Origin: Utricularia gibba
Lineage: Eukaryota > Plantae > Magnoliophyta
Assembly: GCA_002189035.1 (NCBI GenBank)
Contig: CM007991.1
Span: forward strand, 372,001-436,000
Direction of reading: 5' to 3'
DNA: 64,000 nucleotides
Shown here: piece by piece, positions 27,644 through 38,938 of the stretch
Layout: each line of letters starts with the position of its first letter
Position numbering within the stretch: position 1 is the stretch's first letter
Position numbers and translations under genes: made by a program
Notes under the pieces: generated by a model
The model's input: the letters and a program-made list of their open reading frames with translations, nothing else
What the model was told of the DNA's origin: nothing
Database searches by the model: none

Positions 27644-28156
27644 TTGAAGCCAAGAGCTGGGGGTGTATGGACAGTCGAAAGCGAGGACTTGCCGTCACAA
27701 ATTAGCCCCAAAAAGGAAGAACCTGCACCAGGGCAATGCTTAGGGTTTCTGCAACCAGAGGAAGAAATCACAAGCATCTCATACTTCGTCACGAACTTCC
27801 CCGATCACTTGACTGCCAAGGATCTCTGGATCGTCTTCAGTAGAAACGTCGGTCCCGTCGTGGATGTAACCATCCCCGGAGCCCGGACACGGAGAGGGAC
27901 ACGCTTCGCCTACATTCGGTTCTATGTACGGTCATTAGAAGATGAGCTTGAATGCGCCCGCCGGATTTCCAGTGTGTGGTGGGGGAACTACAAGTTGGTA
28001 GTATATCCGGCGCGTTCACGGGGATCCACTGATCACTATCATCCGTCGTTCATTGCTGCAAGCATGCCTCCGGCGCAGGTGGACGCGGCGACCGGCGGCA
28101 ATGGGAGGTTACTGGAGGGGCCGCTCCAACTGAACGAGCTTCGAGTTGAAAGATGA
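27644..28156 (+). mobile_element. Open ORF encoding an RRM of the plant L1 LINE ORF1 type; possible second exon of the DMP gene
   Basis: SYFVTNFPDHLTAKDLW...VVDVTIP...RRGTRFAYIRF...SVWWGNYKLVV parallels the RNP2/RNP1 pattern of RRM-bearing L1 ORF1 (BNR-type). It has no ATG of its own at the 5' end, is preceded by TTTTCAG (27636-27642), and no ORF2 follows. Confidence 0.7.
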
Positions 28157-28396
28157 TGTTCATTTTTCAGAACAGCTGGAGATTGAAGTCGCCATTACAC
28201 CAATCCTCTAACCACTTCCCACCATTCGTTCATTTGCATTGTTTATTCTTTGTGTGGTGTTATCTTGAACTTGGGTTAGTTGTACAATTTTCTTCTTACT
28301 TAACACAAGATATGTATATATTTTTTATAATGATAAACATTCATTTTCTTCTTACTTAAGACAAGAACTTAATTGAATCGAGACTAGATTTTTATG

Positions 28397-28505
28397 CAAT
28401 CCATGTCACAAAAAGTCAAAAGAATTATAAAGATCATATCATATATCGCAATCCATGTCATAAAAAATCAAAAGAATTATAAATATCATATCATATATCA
28501 CAATC
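28397..28505. repeat. Tandem duplication, 52-bp unit x2
   Basis: CAATCCATGTCA.AAAAA.TCAAAAGAATTATAAA.ATCATATCATATATC at 28397 and 28449. Confidence 0.9.
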
Positions 28506-29113
28506 AATATTATTTAGAATTGAATAAATAATAAAATATTCACTACATGTTTTAAAAAATTGTATACTTTTTTTTTCTCAAATTTTGTAATTATGACTAG
28601 ATATATCAAATTTTATTTAAAAAAAGTTTTTGCTAATAAAAAATAGTAAATTGTTCAAGTAAATTGAATACCAATCATTGAAATTATTAAATAATGTATG
28701 ATGTATAAACTATCAATTGATATGAATGTAAGGATACAGTATATTTTATGATTTAAATTAATATAAGTGGTTAGTTAGTACAACATAAACTATGACAATT
28801 TGTGTCAGATGGAAAATATTACTAGGTATATTACGATCCTATATTTACTAAGCAGGAGAATATTTATAAAGAATTGAGAGTAAGATTTAACACTGATTCC
28901 TCGCACTCTTATTTATTAATAATTCATAAATGGTACTTTGTCGAGTAGTTCTATTGAAGAACATCTAATTTATTTGAAACGTTTTTCGATTCCAAATTGT
29001 CCCGAATGCGACATATGATATGACATTTACATCTCTTTTTTTATTACTTTTGTTGATAATCTTTTTGTAAAAACATATGATCACTTCTATTCTCTTGTTG
29101 ATTACATTGGGGA

Positions 29114-29700
29114 TAGACCTGGGCACGGGTCTCAACTTGCCAAATAATGAGTCGGACTTGTCGAGTCATGGCTGTATTATGGGTTCACAAGTTGACAGAT
29201 TGATAGTTTTTGATCTCCAATTCATATCATACCCGAGTTTGACTTGTTATCCGTTGACTCGTCGAGTTGATTTGAGTATGAACTCGTCAACTTGCATTTT
29301 ATCTTATTTTTTAAAATAATTATTCTGTTTTTAAGTTACTATTTTACTATATATTAATGTTTTTATTTGTATATAATCTATTTAATTATTAAATATTCGA
29401 TTTCAAAAAATATAATAAAATTTTTCTTCATCTTTTATGATATTTGAGACTAGCGTTATATAATATAAATGAAATTAATATCAAATTATTAATATTAAAT
29501 GAAAATGATATAAAATTTAAATTAAGAAATGAATAATCTGAACTACAAATCATTCATTTTTTTATGAGTTACTTGTCGTCGAGTTGAAAATCAATAATTT
29601 GATTTATATTTGTTTTTCACAAGTATGAATAACTCGTATCCATTCCATATGGATCGATTTGTGGTTAACCCAAGTTGACCCGTACCTATGCCCAAATCTA
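29114..29700. mobile_element. Non-autonomous hAT-family element (MITE), 587 bp
   Basis: Left end TAGACCTGGGCACGGGTC; right end (reverse complement) TAGATTTGGGCATAGGTACGGGTC. Flanked by an 8-bp TSD with one mismatch: ATTGGGGA (29106-29113) and ATTAGGGA (29701-29708). AT-rich interior. Confidence 0.85.
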
Positions 29701-30605
29701 ATTAGGGACGTAGTATATCGCTATACCAACTTTCTAAACTCTTCCAAAAAAAAAAAGAAACTCAATCTCCTTACTATTTTATATATCAATCAAACATATT
29801 TCATATCATCCATATATTTTTTTATTTTATCTATATATTTCTATTAAAAAATTAATAATATATGAAACTAAATGAACCCCTGGCTCCCAACCAATGAACG
29901 TGGCCGTTTTGATTTCGTGGCTGTGAATAACGCAGAAAATCAATTTTAGGCTACATGAAATTGTGTTAACTTAAAGGTGAGGTCCTCGGTCCCCCACAAC
30001 TTTTCCCAAACCTGCATCTCTACGGACTCGCCACGATGATTGATGCGTGTCCGTGTCTAAGACTCTACGTCCGTGTCGAAGCCTCTGGGATGCTGCTTGT
30101 TTAGTGTCAATCATACCCTCTTTTCTTACCAAGAAAAGTTTTGGGTGGACTCCAAGGGTAGCAAGAATCCAGACCCCCACGTCTCTGTCTAGATTATCAT
30201 ACTTGGTAACTGAAGGATGTTTTGAACCCGGAGCAGCCGCGTATCCCGGGTTGCAGCGCCGGGTAAAGATCCGATCACACCCAGTTTGCTTATCCAGCTA
30301 TGGTTAATGCGTCGAGTGTGGTGTAAGAAACAACCCTGAGTTGCTGTTGTTTTAGTGGAAATCACCTGGTATCTGGTCTGGTCTGCTTGTCTGATGCACG
30401 GAAGCTCATGTAGTCTGCCTGTCACGCATTCCCATTCCGCTCCTGTTGGGCCGACATGCGGCGGTCAAGTTACTGGTTGAGGCTGATGAAGAACCAGGCT
30501 CCCAGTTGACGTGGTTTTTTGAAAGAAAGAGTAGACGGCGTGGCCTCCCCACCAACCAAATTGAAATATGTTTGAATACACAATATCACATTTAAAAATT
30601 AAATT

Positions 30606-31000
30606 AAAATAATTAAATGTATAAAAAATTATAAATTATTAATAATTGATTGAATTTATTTTTTCTATTATAATATATGTTAATTATGTACTTAAAATTT
30701 CACATGTACTCGTTCGATCCATTGGATACTGAATTTCAACAATAAGATAGAATTAGGGTTAAAGGGTTTAAGATTCACTCAACCCATACTTTTTGCAAAT
30801 TATATGAGAACAATCAATTTAACATGTGTAAAATAAATGTGATTAAAATAGTTAAATATATAAAAAAAATTATGAATTATTATTAATTGAATAGATTTAA
30901 TTTCTTCTAATATGATATATATATTTCTTACATAATTAAATTTTAGGTATCCTTATTCGACCCACTAGATTTTTAATTTAAATAAACTAGAGAATTCGAC
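30606..31000. repeat. Degenerate AT-rich tandem duplication, about 240-bp period
   Basis: AAAATA.TTAAAT.TATAAAAAA(A)TTAT.AATTATT at 30606 and 30845; TTCGA.CCA.T.GAT at 30713 and 30956. Confidence 0.6.
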
Positions 31001-31624
31001 CCATTGTAAAATTCATGAGTGCACCCATATTTGTTGACGTGCGAAAAGAAAGTCAAAAAAGGTGCGAGTTGAGAGAGCAAAGCCGCCAAGCAGATTACTG
31101 CTGTGTCTTGTTTCGCGTCCACCGATCGGGTCGTCGTAAGTACCCATTGGCCGATTCTATGGAACCCAGTCCACCGTTCACACCCATCCTAAAAAACACA
31201 CAGGCAGCCGCTCATGAAATGTCAACCACCAATCGCATTAGGGTTTCAACATCACCCTTCATTCATCATTCATAATAACGATTTTATTAAATTTAAATTA
31301 TTTTAAAATATATAACAATAAATCATAATTCGAAAATAATTAAGTTTGATGTAATTGGACAAATTTTATTTTTTATAAAAAAATTATAAAATATTTTTTA
31401 TAAAAAAATGATTAAATCATATTTTTAACCACGAACAAACCACCCGAATTTCATCTGGTTGCCACATGATTTGATAAATTTATTTTTTTGGGCCATTTTT
31501 GCAAATAAACACAAACAGCGGGTTCCTTTTATAATAACCAATATTACATTCACAGGATACGTCTGCAATGCAGGACGGCCCCCATGGAACAGGAGGACTC
31601 GTTGCATTATTCATCCCTGCTTCT

Positions 31625-34600
31625 TCAAGCCGCGGCTTGGGCTGCAGCTAGCCTTGCGATTGGCACCCTGGTATTTCAAAGATCAGATTTTGCGGCGGAG
31701 AGACAAAAGGGTAGTTTGGGGTCGAGTCTTTCTTGTACCTGAACGGGGAGCAGGACACGTAGTCCAGCCCGGCTTCAGCGAAAAAGGCGACCGATGACGG
31801 CTCCCCGCCGTGCTCCCCGCATATGCCGATCTGCCATTTTGCTTCATTAGTTGAATGGATGCCTGTGCAAGTTATGAGCTGAGGGATAACGCACCTTGAG
31901 GTCTGGCCTGGCGGCACGGCCTCGCTCTGCAGCCAACTTGATGAGCTGACCCACTCCTTTCTGATCCAGCACCTGATGATGCATTTCATTTCACCCAGTT
32001 AGCATTTTTCATGTAAGCATGAGTTGAATGGTTTTCGGAGAAGACGAGCCTCAAATGGATCATGCTGGAGGATTCCCTTCGCAAGGTATATGGGAAGAAA
32101 TTTTCCAACATCATCTCTGCTGTATCCAAAGGTCATCTGAGTGAGATCATTCGTCCCGAAGGAGAAGAACTCTGCTTCCTTGGCGATCTGCGCAGGTGGT
32201 TAGATGTAAGCTTCACCCAGAAATCATGATGCTGTGTGTGTGCTAGTTTACCTCATCGGCAACTAAAGCAGCTCTGGGAATTTCAATCATGGTTCCCACT
32301 TTGTAGGTGATGGTCACCCCTGTTTCGGAGAATACCTTCTTGGCAACCTCATGAATCAGGCTCACCTGGTGACTTAGTTCCTGGAAACAGAGCATTTACC
32401 AGATTAATTTGGAAGCGAAAAGAGAGTGTGATTCTAGGAAGACATGCCTGAGGAGTTCCGATGAGAGGAACCATGATCTCTGGAAGGACGGTGATCCCCT
32501 GCTGAGTCAAAGAGATGGCTGCCTGGAATATAGCCAGGACCTGCATTTGTGTGAGTTCCGGGTATGATATTCCGAGGCGGCAGCCGCGGAAACCGAGCAT
32601 CGGATTCACTTCGGAAAGTTTTTCGATTCTCATGTATACATCATCCTCGTTCATTCCGGTATCCTCTGTCACTTGTTTCACGATCTGTTCGATGTCTCCC
32701 TCCGGAAGAAATTCGTGAAGCGGCGGATCGAGGAGTCGAATCGTTACCGGAAGGCCATCCATGGCCCGAAAAATGCCTTCGAAGTCTGTTCGTTGGTAAG
32801 GGAGGAGCAAATCTAGGGCTTTTTTCCGCTGCTCTGTGGTGACCGCCATGATCATCTTTCGCACGGCCTTGATCCTCTCATCCGACGCAAAGAACTGAAA
32901 TTCAAAAATGAATACGTTGCATCGAAATTCATTGATTGATGATATTTACGGAAAGGACTTGCCATGTGCTCTGTTCTGCATAATCCGATCCCCTGAGCGC
33001 CATTGCTCCGAGCGATCAGTGCATCTTCAGGGGTATCTGCGTTGGCCATGACTTTGATGCGCCGTATCTCGTCGGCAAACGACATGAAAACCTCAAGGTC
33101 GCCGCTAAGAAGCGGCGGCGACAGAGCTTGTTGCCCGAGGATCACTTCGCCGGTGGAGCCGTTTAGGGAAATCCAGTCACCTTCAGCAATCCTAGTCTGC
33201 GCGACATACGCCACCTTTTCATCCTCGTTGACACGGAGATCCGAGCAACCAGAAACGCAGCATTTTCCCCATCCCCGAGCTACCACCGCCGCGTGGGACG
33301 TCATTCCGCCTCTCGCGGTTAGGATTCCGGCGGCTGCGTGCATCCCTCCGACGTCCTCTGGGCTCGTCTCCGTTCTCACCAAGATCACACTTTTCCCTTG
33401 TGCGTGCCATGCCTCTGCATCTTCAGCGCTGAAAACAACCACTCCCACAGCTGCTCCTGGGGATGCTGGAAGGCCCTTGGCGAGTACAGCATCTTTATAC
33501 GCGGATGGATCTTCGAACTACATGATCAAGTTAAACTCTTACCTTGAACAAACAGGTGTTTTTCTTTAATAAACTAATTAAAGTTTCACTTCACCTGAGG
33601 ATGAAGAAGCTGGTCCAGATGCTGAGGCTCAACCATCTTCACGGCGGAGCGCCGGTCCACCAGCCCTTCGTTAACCATGTCGACAGCAATCTTCACCGCG
33701 CCTTTTCCTGTTCGCTTTCCAGTTCTGCATTGCAGCATATACAGCCTGTTTTCTTGCACCGTGAACTCAATGTCCTGGTTTAGGAAAGCCCAAACGCAGG
33801 TGTGAAACATTTTGCAGTTCTCATTTTTTATGTATTGGGACTCTATGTTTAGACCTTACCATCATCTCTTTGTAGTGTTTCTCTAGAATCACACAGTTCT
33901 CCACCAGTTCCTTGTAGGCTTCCGGCATAGCATCCTTCATTGCTTCCAGTTCCAGCGGCGTCCGGATTCCGGCAACAACATCTTCTCCCTGGAATCATAT
34001 GGAGTTTCTCATCAGGGATGCACAAACTTGGGTTTGAAGAAGAATGACGAAGATGAAAGGACCTGAGCATTGATAAGGAACTCCCCATAGAGCTTCTTCT
34101 CACCAGTGCTGGGATCTCTAGTGAAGAGAACCCCTGTTCCTGAAGAATTCCCCATGTTCCCAAACACCATGGTCTGAATGTTGACAGCAGTTCCCTTCAG
34201 ACCAGTGATTTGGTTTATGCTTCTGTACTTTATCGCCCTGGGACTGTCCCATGAATCAAACACAGCCTTCACTGAGAGTTCTAACTGCTTTTTTGGATCT
34301 ACAAGCAGGATCCACAAATAAGAACGACTGATACAATACCAGTGAAGGGGAGGATCATCTGTAACAGTTACCGGATGGGAACTCTTGACCCGTTGCTTGA
34401 AGATAGACGGCCTTGTATTCTTCCACGAGTTGCTTTAGATCACTGGCTGTGAGTTCAGTGTCCTGCTTCAATCCCAGTGTGATCTTCCTCTTCTCCAGCT
34501 TCTCCTCGAACAGAGAATGAGAAATCCCCATCACCTTCAAAGAAAGGCCATTTGTCAGCTATCACAGATTCCAGCTATTCCATGGCTCATATTTTATGCA

Positions 34601-36597
34601 CTGATCAACTGACCACATCTCCAAACATGTCCAAGAATCGTCTGTAGGAGTCGTAGGCGAACCTCTCGCCGCTCTTCTTTGCCAATCCGTAGACAACTTC
34701 ATCGTTGAGCCCGAGATTGAGGACCGTGTCCATCATTCCTGGCATAGAAATCTGCATTCCATCCATCAGATAAACCATGTTTGTTTTCCTTGGGATAAGG
34801 TGGTCGAGAACTCACCGCCGCGCCGGATCTTACAGACAGGAGCAAAGGGTTGTTGGGGTCACCGAGCGAAGCTCCCATCTCTTCCTCAACCAACTTCAGA
34901 GCATCCATTATCTCCTCCCACAGTCCATCAGGCAGCTGTTTTCCAGCAAGCTGATAGTCCTGGCAAGCCTCTGTGGATATCGTCAGCCCCGGCGGCACTG
35001 ATAATCCAATGCTTGACATCTCAGCGAGATTCGCTCCCTTTCCTCCCAACTAATCAAAAAACAAAAGGTAAACCTATTCATTGCAGTAGAATACCAGAGA
35101 GATGAAAACTAACAAGAATCTAGCTATGATGTATGATCACTCACCAGGGCTTTCATGCCCTTGTTCCCCTCGCTTCTTCCCTTGACGAAAGTGAAAACCC
35201 TCTACATAGAGAAAGAAATGCAGGGAGTCAGCTCAATACTCACATTCATAGCATAGACTATCGAAATTGGTAAACCTTCATCTCGTGCTTGGAATCCCCC
35301 ATTTTGGAGCACAACAGCAACAGAAGGGAAGAGATTTAAAGCCGGGAGTGAAGGATAATACATCAGACAGAACCAAGAACTTTAGCAGGCTGAGACCATG
35401 ATGCCAAGTGTCAAGAATCATGGCCTCTGCTAATGGCGGTGCAATTGTTTATTACAGCAGAGAAACATGATTTTGCGTTGTCTTGTGTGAGTTCAGGGGC
35501 GGTGGAGGGGGAGTGCGCACATCGGAAACTGGGAAACAACCTCGTAGTTATCTGAAAACATATACCTATCTATAGTCCCGCCGCCCATTGACAAACATCA
35601 AACATATCCATGACCGCATGAAATCATCTTCTTCTTTCCTAAAACTGTCATCCACCCCCCATTATCAAGTTTCCAGAAAAAAACGTTGGTACCGCAAATG
35701 AAATGAACTCCCTCATCTGTGGGATTAGCAGCTACTAGAAATGGATTATCTCGTAACTCGGTCTTTCACCTGCACTAAACACACCCCATGTGACAACGAA
35801 TCTGTTGCTTCGGGGTTGGGCCCTTTTGAATGACAATGTGAGAGCGACGAGGCGTCGTCGCTCGTTTGGAAGGCATGAGAGTAGTAGACAAGAAGAGAGC
35901 AGTGGTGACCCTCACAGAACAGACGATACTGGCTGATCTTCCAGATAGATCATGCATCATCTCCGATTCTACAAAGCTGGGCTAAATTATTGAAGAATGG
36001 GTGTGTCTCCTCCCACATCACAGATAACAAAAACAGGTTTTTAGAACACATTACTTGACTGAACCGTAGATCAGGATAGACAAATGGGAAGCCGAAATAG
36101 GACTAAGTGAGAGGCAGGGTGGAACTGGAGACAATGGAATCCCTGGAACTGTGGCTCGAGTCCATACTTATGGGAATGGAAACCTATCACTTTGTAACAC
36201 GGGGAAGGGAAAAAAGAGAGTGCTATTAACATATTTTAACTTAGAGGGGTGTTCTAACACGAGTTGCTAACACGAATGAATAAACTTTTTGTGATCAAAC
36301 CAGAGAAGGAAGCTGAATATGGAATCAGGAATATGCGGTGGTGCTCACCTTTTTTGTGGTGGGTGTGGGCTCGGGATGAGCCACAGGAGGTGCGAGGGTG
36401 GCTCGAGCCGAGAGGCCGCATGGTTTGATGGCTTCGTGGCTCAAAGTCCGGGTGGACAACCAGGTCGCCCTCCTGGTGCTGCACCATGGCAGCACCCTGA
36501 GATGATGACTATTCTTGTTGTTGGTTCTGAGGCCGAGAGTTCTTGCCAGGAGTTCCTCTCCTCTCACAGAGACGTCCCTTACTAGAGACGACGACAT
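31625..36597 (-). CDS. PPDK: Pyruvate, phosphate dikinase (plastid form), 15 exons, 3 GC-AG introns
   Basis: Exon 1 at 36597-36349 (MSSSLVRD...PTTKK transit peptide), then [55 protein letters not shown] (regulatory Thr and catalytic His), [55 protein letters not shown]. Confidence 0.98.
35276..35281 (-). CDS. PPDK: Candidate alternative first coding micro-exon (ATG AAG) for cytosolic PPDK, inside intron 1
   Basis: ATG AAG|GTTTAC at 35281-35276. A 74-bp intron (35202-35275) joins it in phase to AGG GTT (RVF). Confidence 0.6.
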
Positions 36598-37678
36598 CTT
36601 CCTCCTGAATCGGAAGCAGAGCTCACACAAGGCTTTCTTTCTGTAGGATCACAGAGAGCAAGATGATTGGTGAGGAAAATTAGCCACCAACCAGTGATCC
36701 AAGGACCTGGGGAAGTGGGAAGAAAATTCAAAGCTCCTTTCTACACATTGAGTGATCCTTGGAGATCTGGTGAATACATCTCTTTTGTCTTCATTTTCAA
36801 GCTCTCTCCTACAACACAAAAGAAATACTTCCCAGGGAGATGGTTTTCATTAAAGAAAAAAAGTGGTTTGGGTCAATCAATGAGAATTGTGTTTGTCTGT
36901 TGGTGATGACCATTGGGTCGATTTAAGCCACACAAACAGAGGATGGAAACCTTATCACATAACTCAACAACTTCAAGCTTACATTTTTCTTTTTTAGGTG
37001 AACAAGAGGGCAAGTACTTTTCTTAAAAATCATGCAGAAAACTAATAAAATTAATTTTCTTCTTCTTTCTGAGAATAGGAGGTTATTTCAAAAGTATCTT
37101 ACCATGGTTTTGCAGACAAATTAACAATGTAAATGTATGGAAATGAGCTGCAACCTCAAAACCCGGTTCTGTAGTTTCCCTGTGTAGAGATGTGCATTCA
37201 ATGATCACAGAATGAAGATATGGTCCTAAAATTCTTCCCTTATAAGGAATTCAAATTCAATTAGGAAACTGAATGAAAATGGATGAGAGGAACTGCCAAG
37301 AGTCACTCTTGCCACCTTTTGTTTGTCTGCAAAATGATAAGAGAATATGAATGAATGTTCTGTTGTCACTTCAGAAGTATTATTAAACTATGCAAATTGA
37401 AATGATTACAAGAGAGGAAGCGAAATGCAGTAACTGTTCAAACAAAATACATCACTGAAATCCAATATGAATGAGAAGCTTGCACATGAAGTAGTGACGG
37501 CTCAGAACTTAAAACTCTTGAGACATTTCAATGCACTATTCTTTGATGGACAACGCATTTAAAAAGAATATTGAAACAGCACAGAGGTAAGGGAACCATT
37601 TCTCAGGAATGAGCAAGCAGCATCAAGAATGACAACTCCATTACTGGCAAGAATGGAAGGTACATATATATGATCGAT

Positions 37679-38938
37679 CTATGCACCACTCTCGTTTTTA
37701 ATATGCACAAGAATGATGGTTTGATCATCTGTCCGGCTTTCATTTTGCATCCACAGTTTGTACGATTCTTTGGCAATCGCTGAACATGCATCCCTTGGAT
37801 CCGAGTACTTGTTAACCTGCACGAGGAATTGAATACGAATTCAGAAGGGAATGTTTAACTTTGATCCAAATGGGAAAGAGCAATTCATTGCTCATTATGC
37901 GACTCAGTCAAGAAAAATGGAAGGAGAGGTCATAGCAGTAGCCTTTCAAATAATGTGTAACAGAGAACAGCGTGATCTGAAAGAAGGAAAGAACATGCCA
38001 GAGTTGATAAAATAACTGACCATGTCTACAACAGTTTGGCTGGATAGGAACTCAAAAATGCCATCACTTGCAACGACAAAGAACAAGTGACTGGATGTAA
38101 GTTGCACCCTAGACACTTCTGGATCGGCGATGACACCAATGGTTTCAGCCAGGCTATCTCCGACGCTTCGAGTAAATGCAGTTCCGGGATACATTGCATT
38201 TTGGACCCACAACCTAGGGGGATCACTTCCCTCGCTCTCTTCATTCCCCCATGACTGGATACTTGGATCCTTAGTCCCTTCAACTTGATCCAAACTCAGA
38301 ACTCTTGCCCCGGAAACCTTAACTCTCTCACATTCATCTTCTCTAAATGGTGTCTGATCAAAAGACAAGTCTTGCGCAAGAACTCTATTCCCATCCTTGA
38401 CAGCTAAAACTGCCCTTGAATCTCCAACATTGGCCACATAAAGCATGTCCCCAACCATGAGAACCGTAATAGCGGTAGTCCCACTCATAGAATCATCTAT
38501 ATCATTGCTCTTATGAAGTTCATCATTAGTTGCCAAAAATGCAGAATTATAAGCCTTTACCGGATCATCCAATAATGCCGCATCATTCTCCAAGATCTCA
38601 ACGAGTTTATCCTTTGCAAAGTTAGAGCATTGTGTTCCGGTAACACCATGCCCATCAAACACACCAAAGAAATGAACATTTGGGTTGCCCTGGAGAACAG
38701 TTTTGACGCAATAAGTATCTTGATTCTCCTTATCAAGAGATTCAGGGTAGTGACCTCGCTGGCTTAGCACACAGTAAGATAAAATGAAGTTGTGAGAAGG
38801 AACATCAACATAGTCTAAGGTGGGAGTTGCAAAAACAGGAGGATTATGTAAGCCCAAATGTTCTTCCTTTTCATCATCATCATCATCAATGGAAGATGGT
38901 GGATATTTTCTGCAGCACTTACTGTGAATGCAGCCCAT
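37679..38938 (-). CDS. Protein phosphatase 2C, 2 coding exons, N-terminal MGCxxSKCC acylation motif
   Basis: [54 protein letters not shown]. Exon 2 is about 37816-37679. Confidence 0.95.

Noticed and set aside
30712-30720. GTTCGATCC, like a tRNA T-loop
   Set aside because: No A-box, acceptor stem or cloverleaf; it sits in an AT-rich degenerate repeat.
33003-33569. 188-aa ORF antisense to PPDK (also 41352-41927 antisense to BSD and 10821-11199 antisense to anoctamin exon 1)
   Set aside because: Shadow ORFs explained by codon bias of the real gene on the opposite strand.
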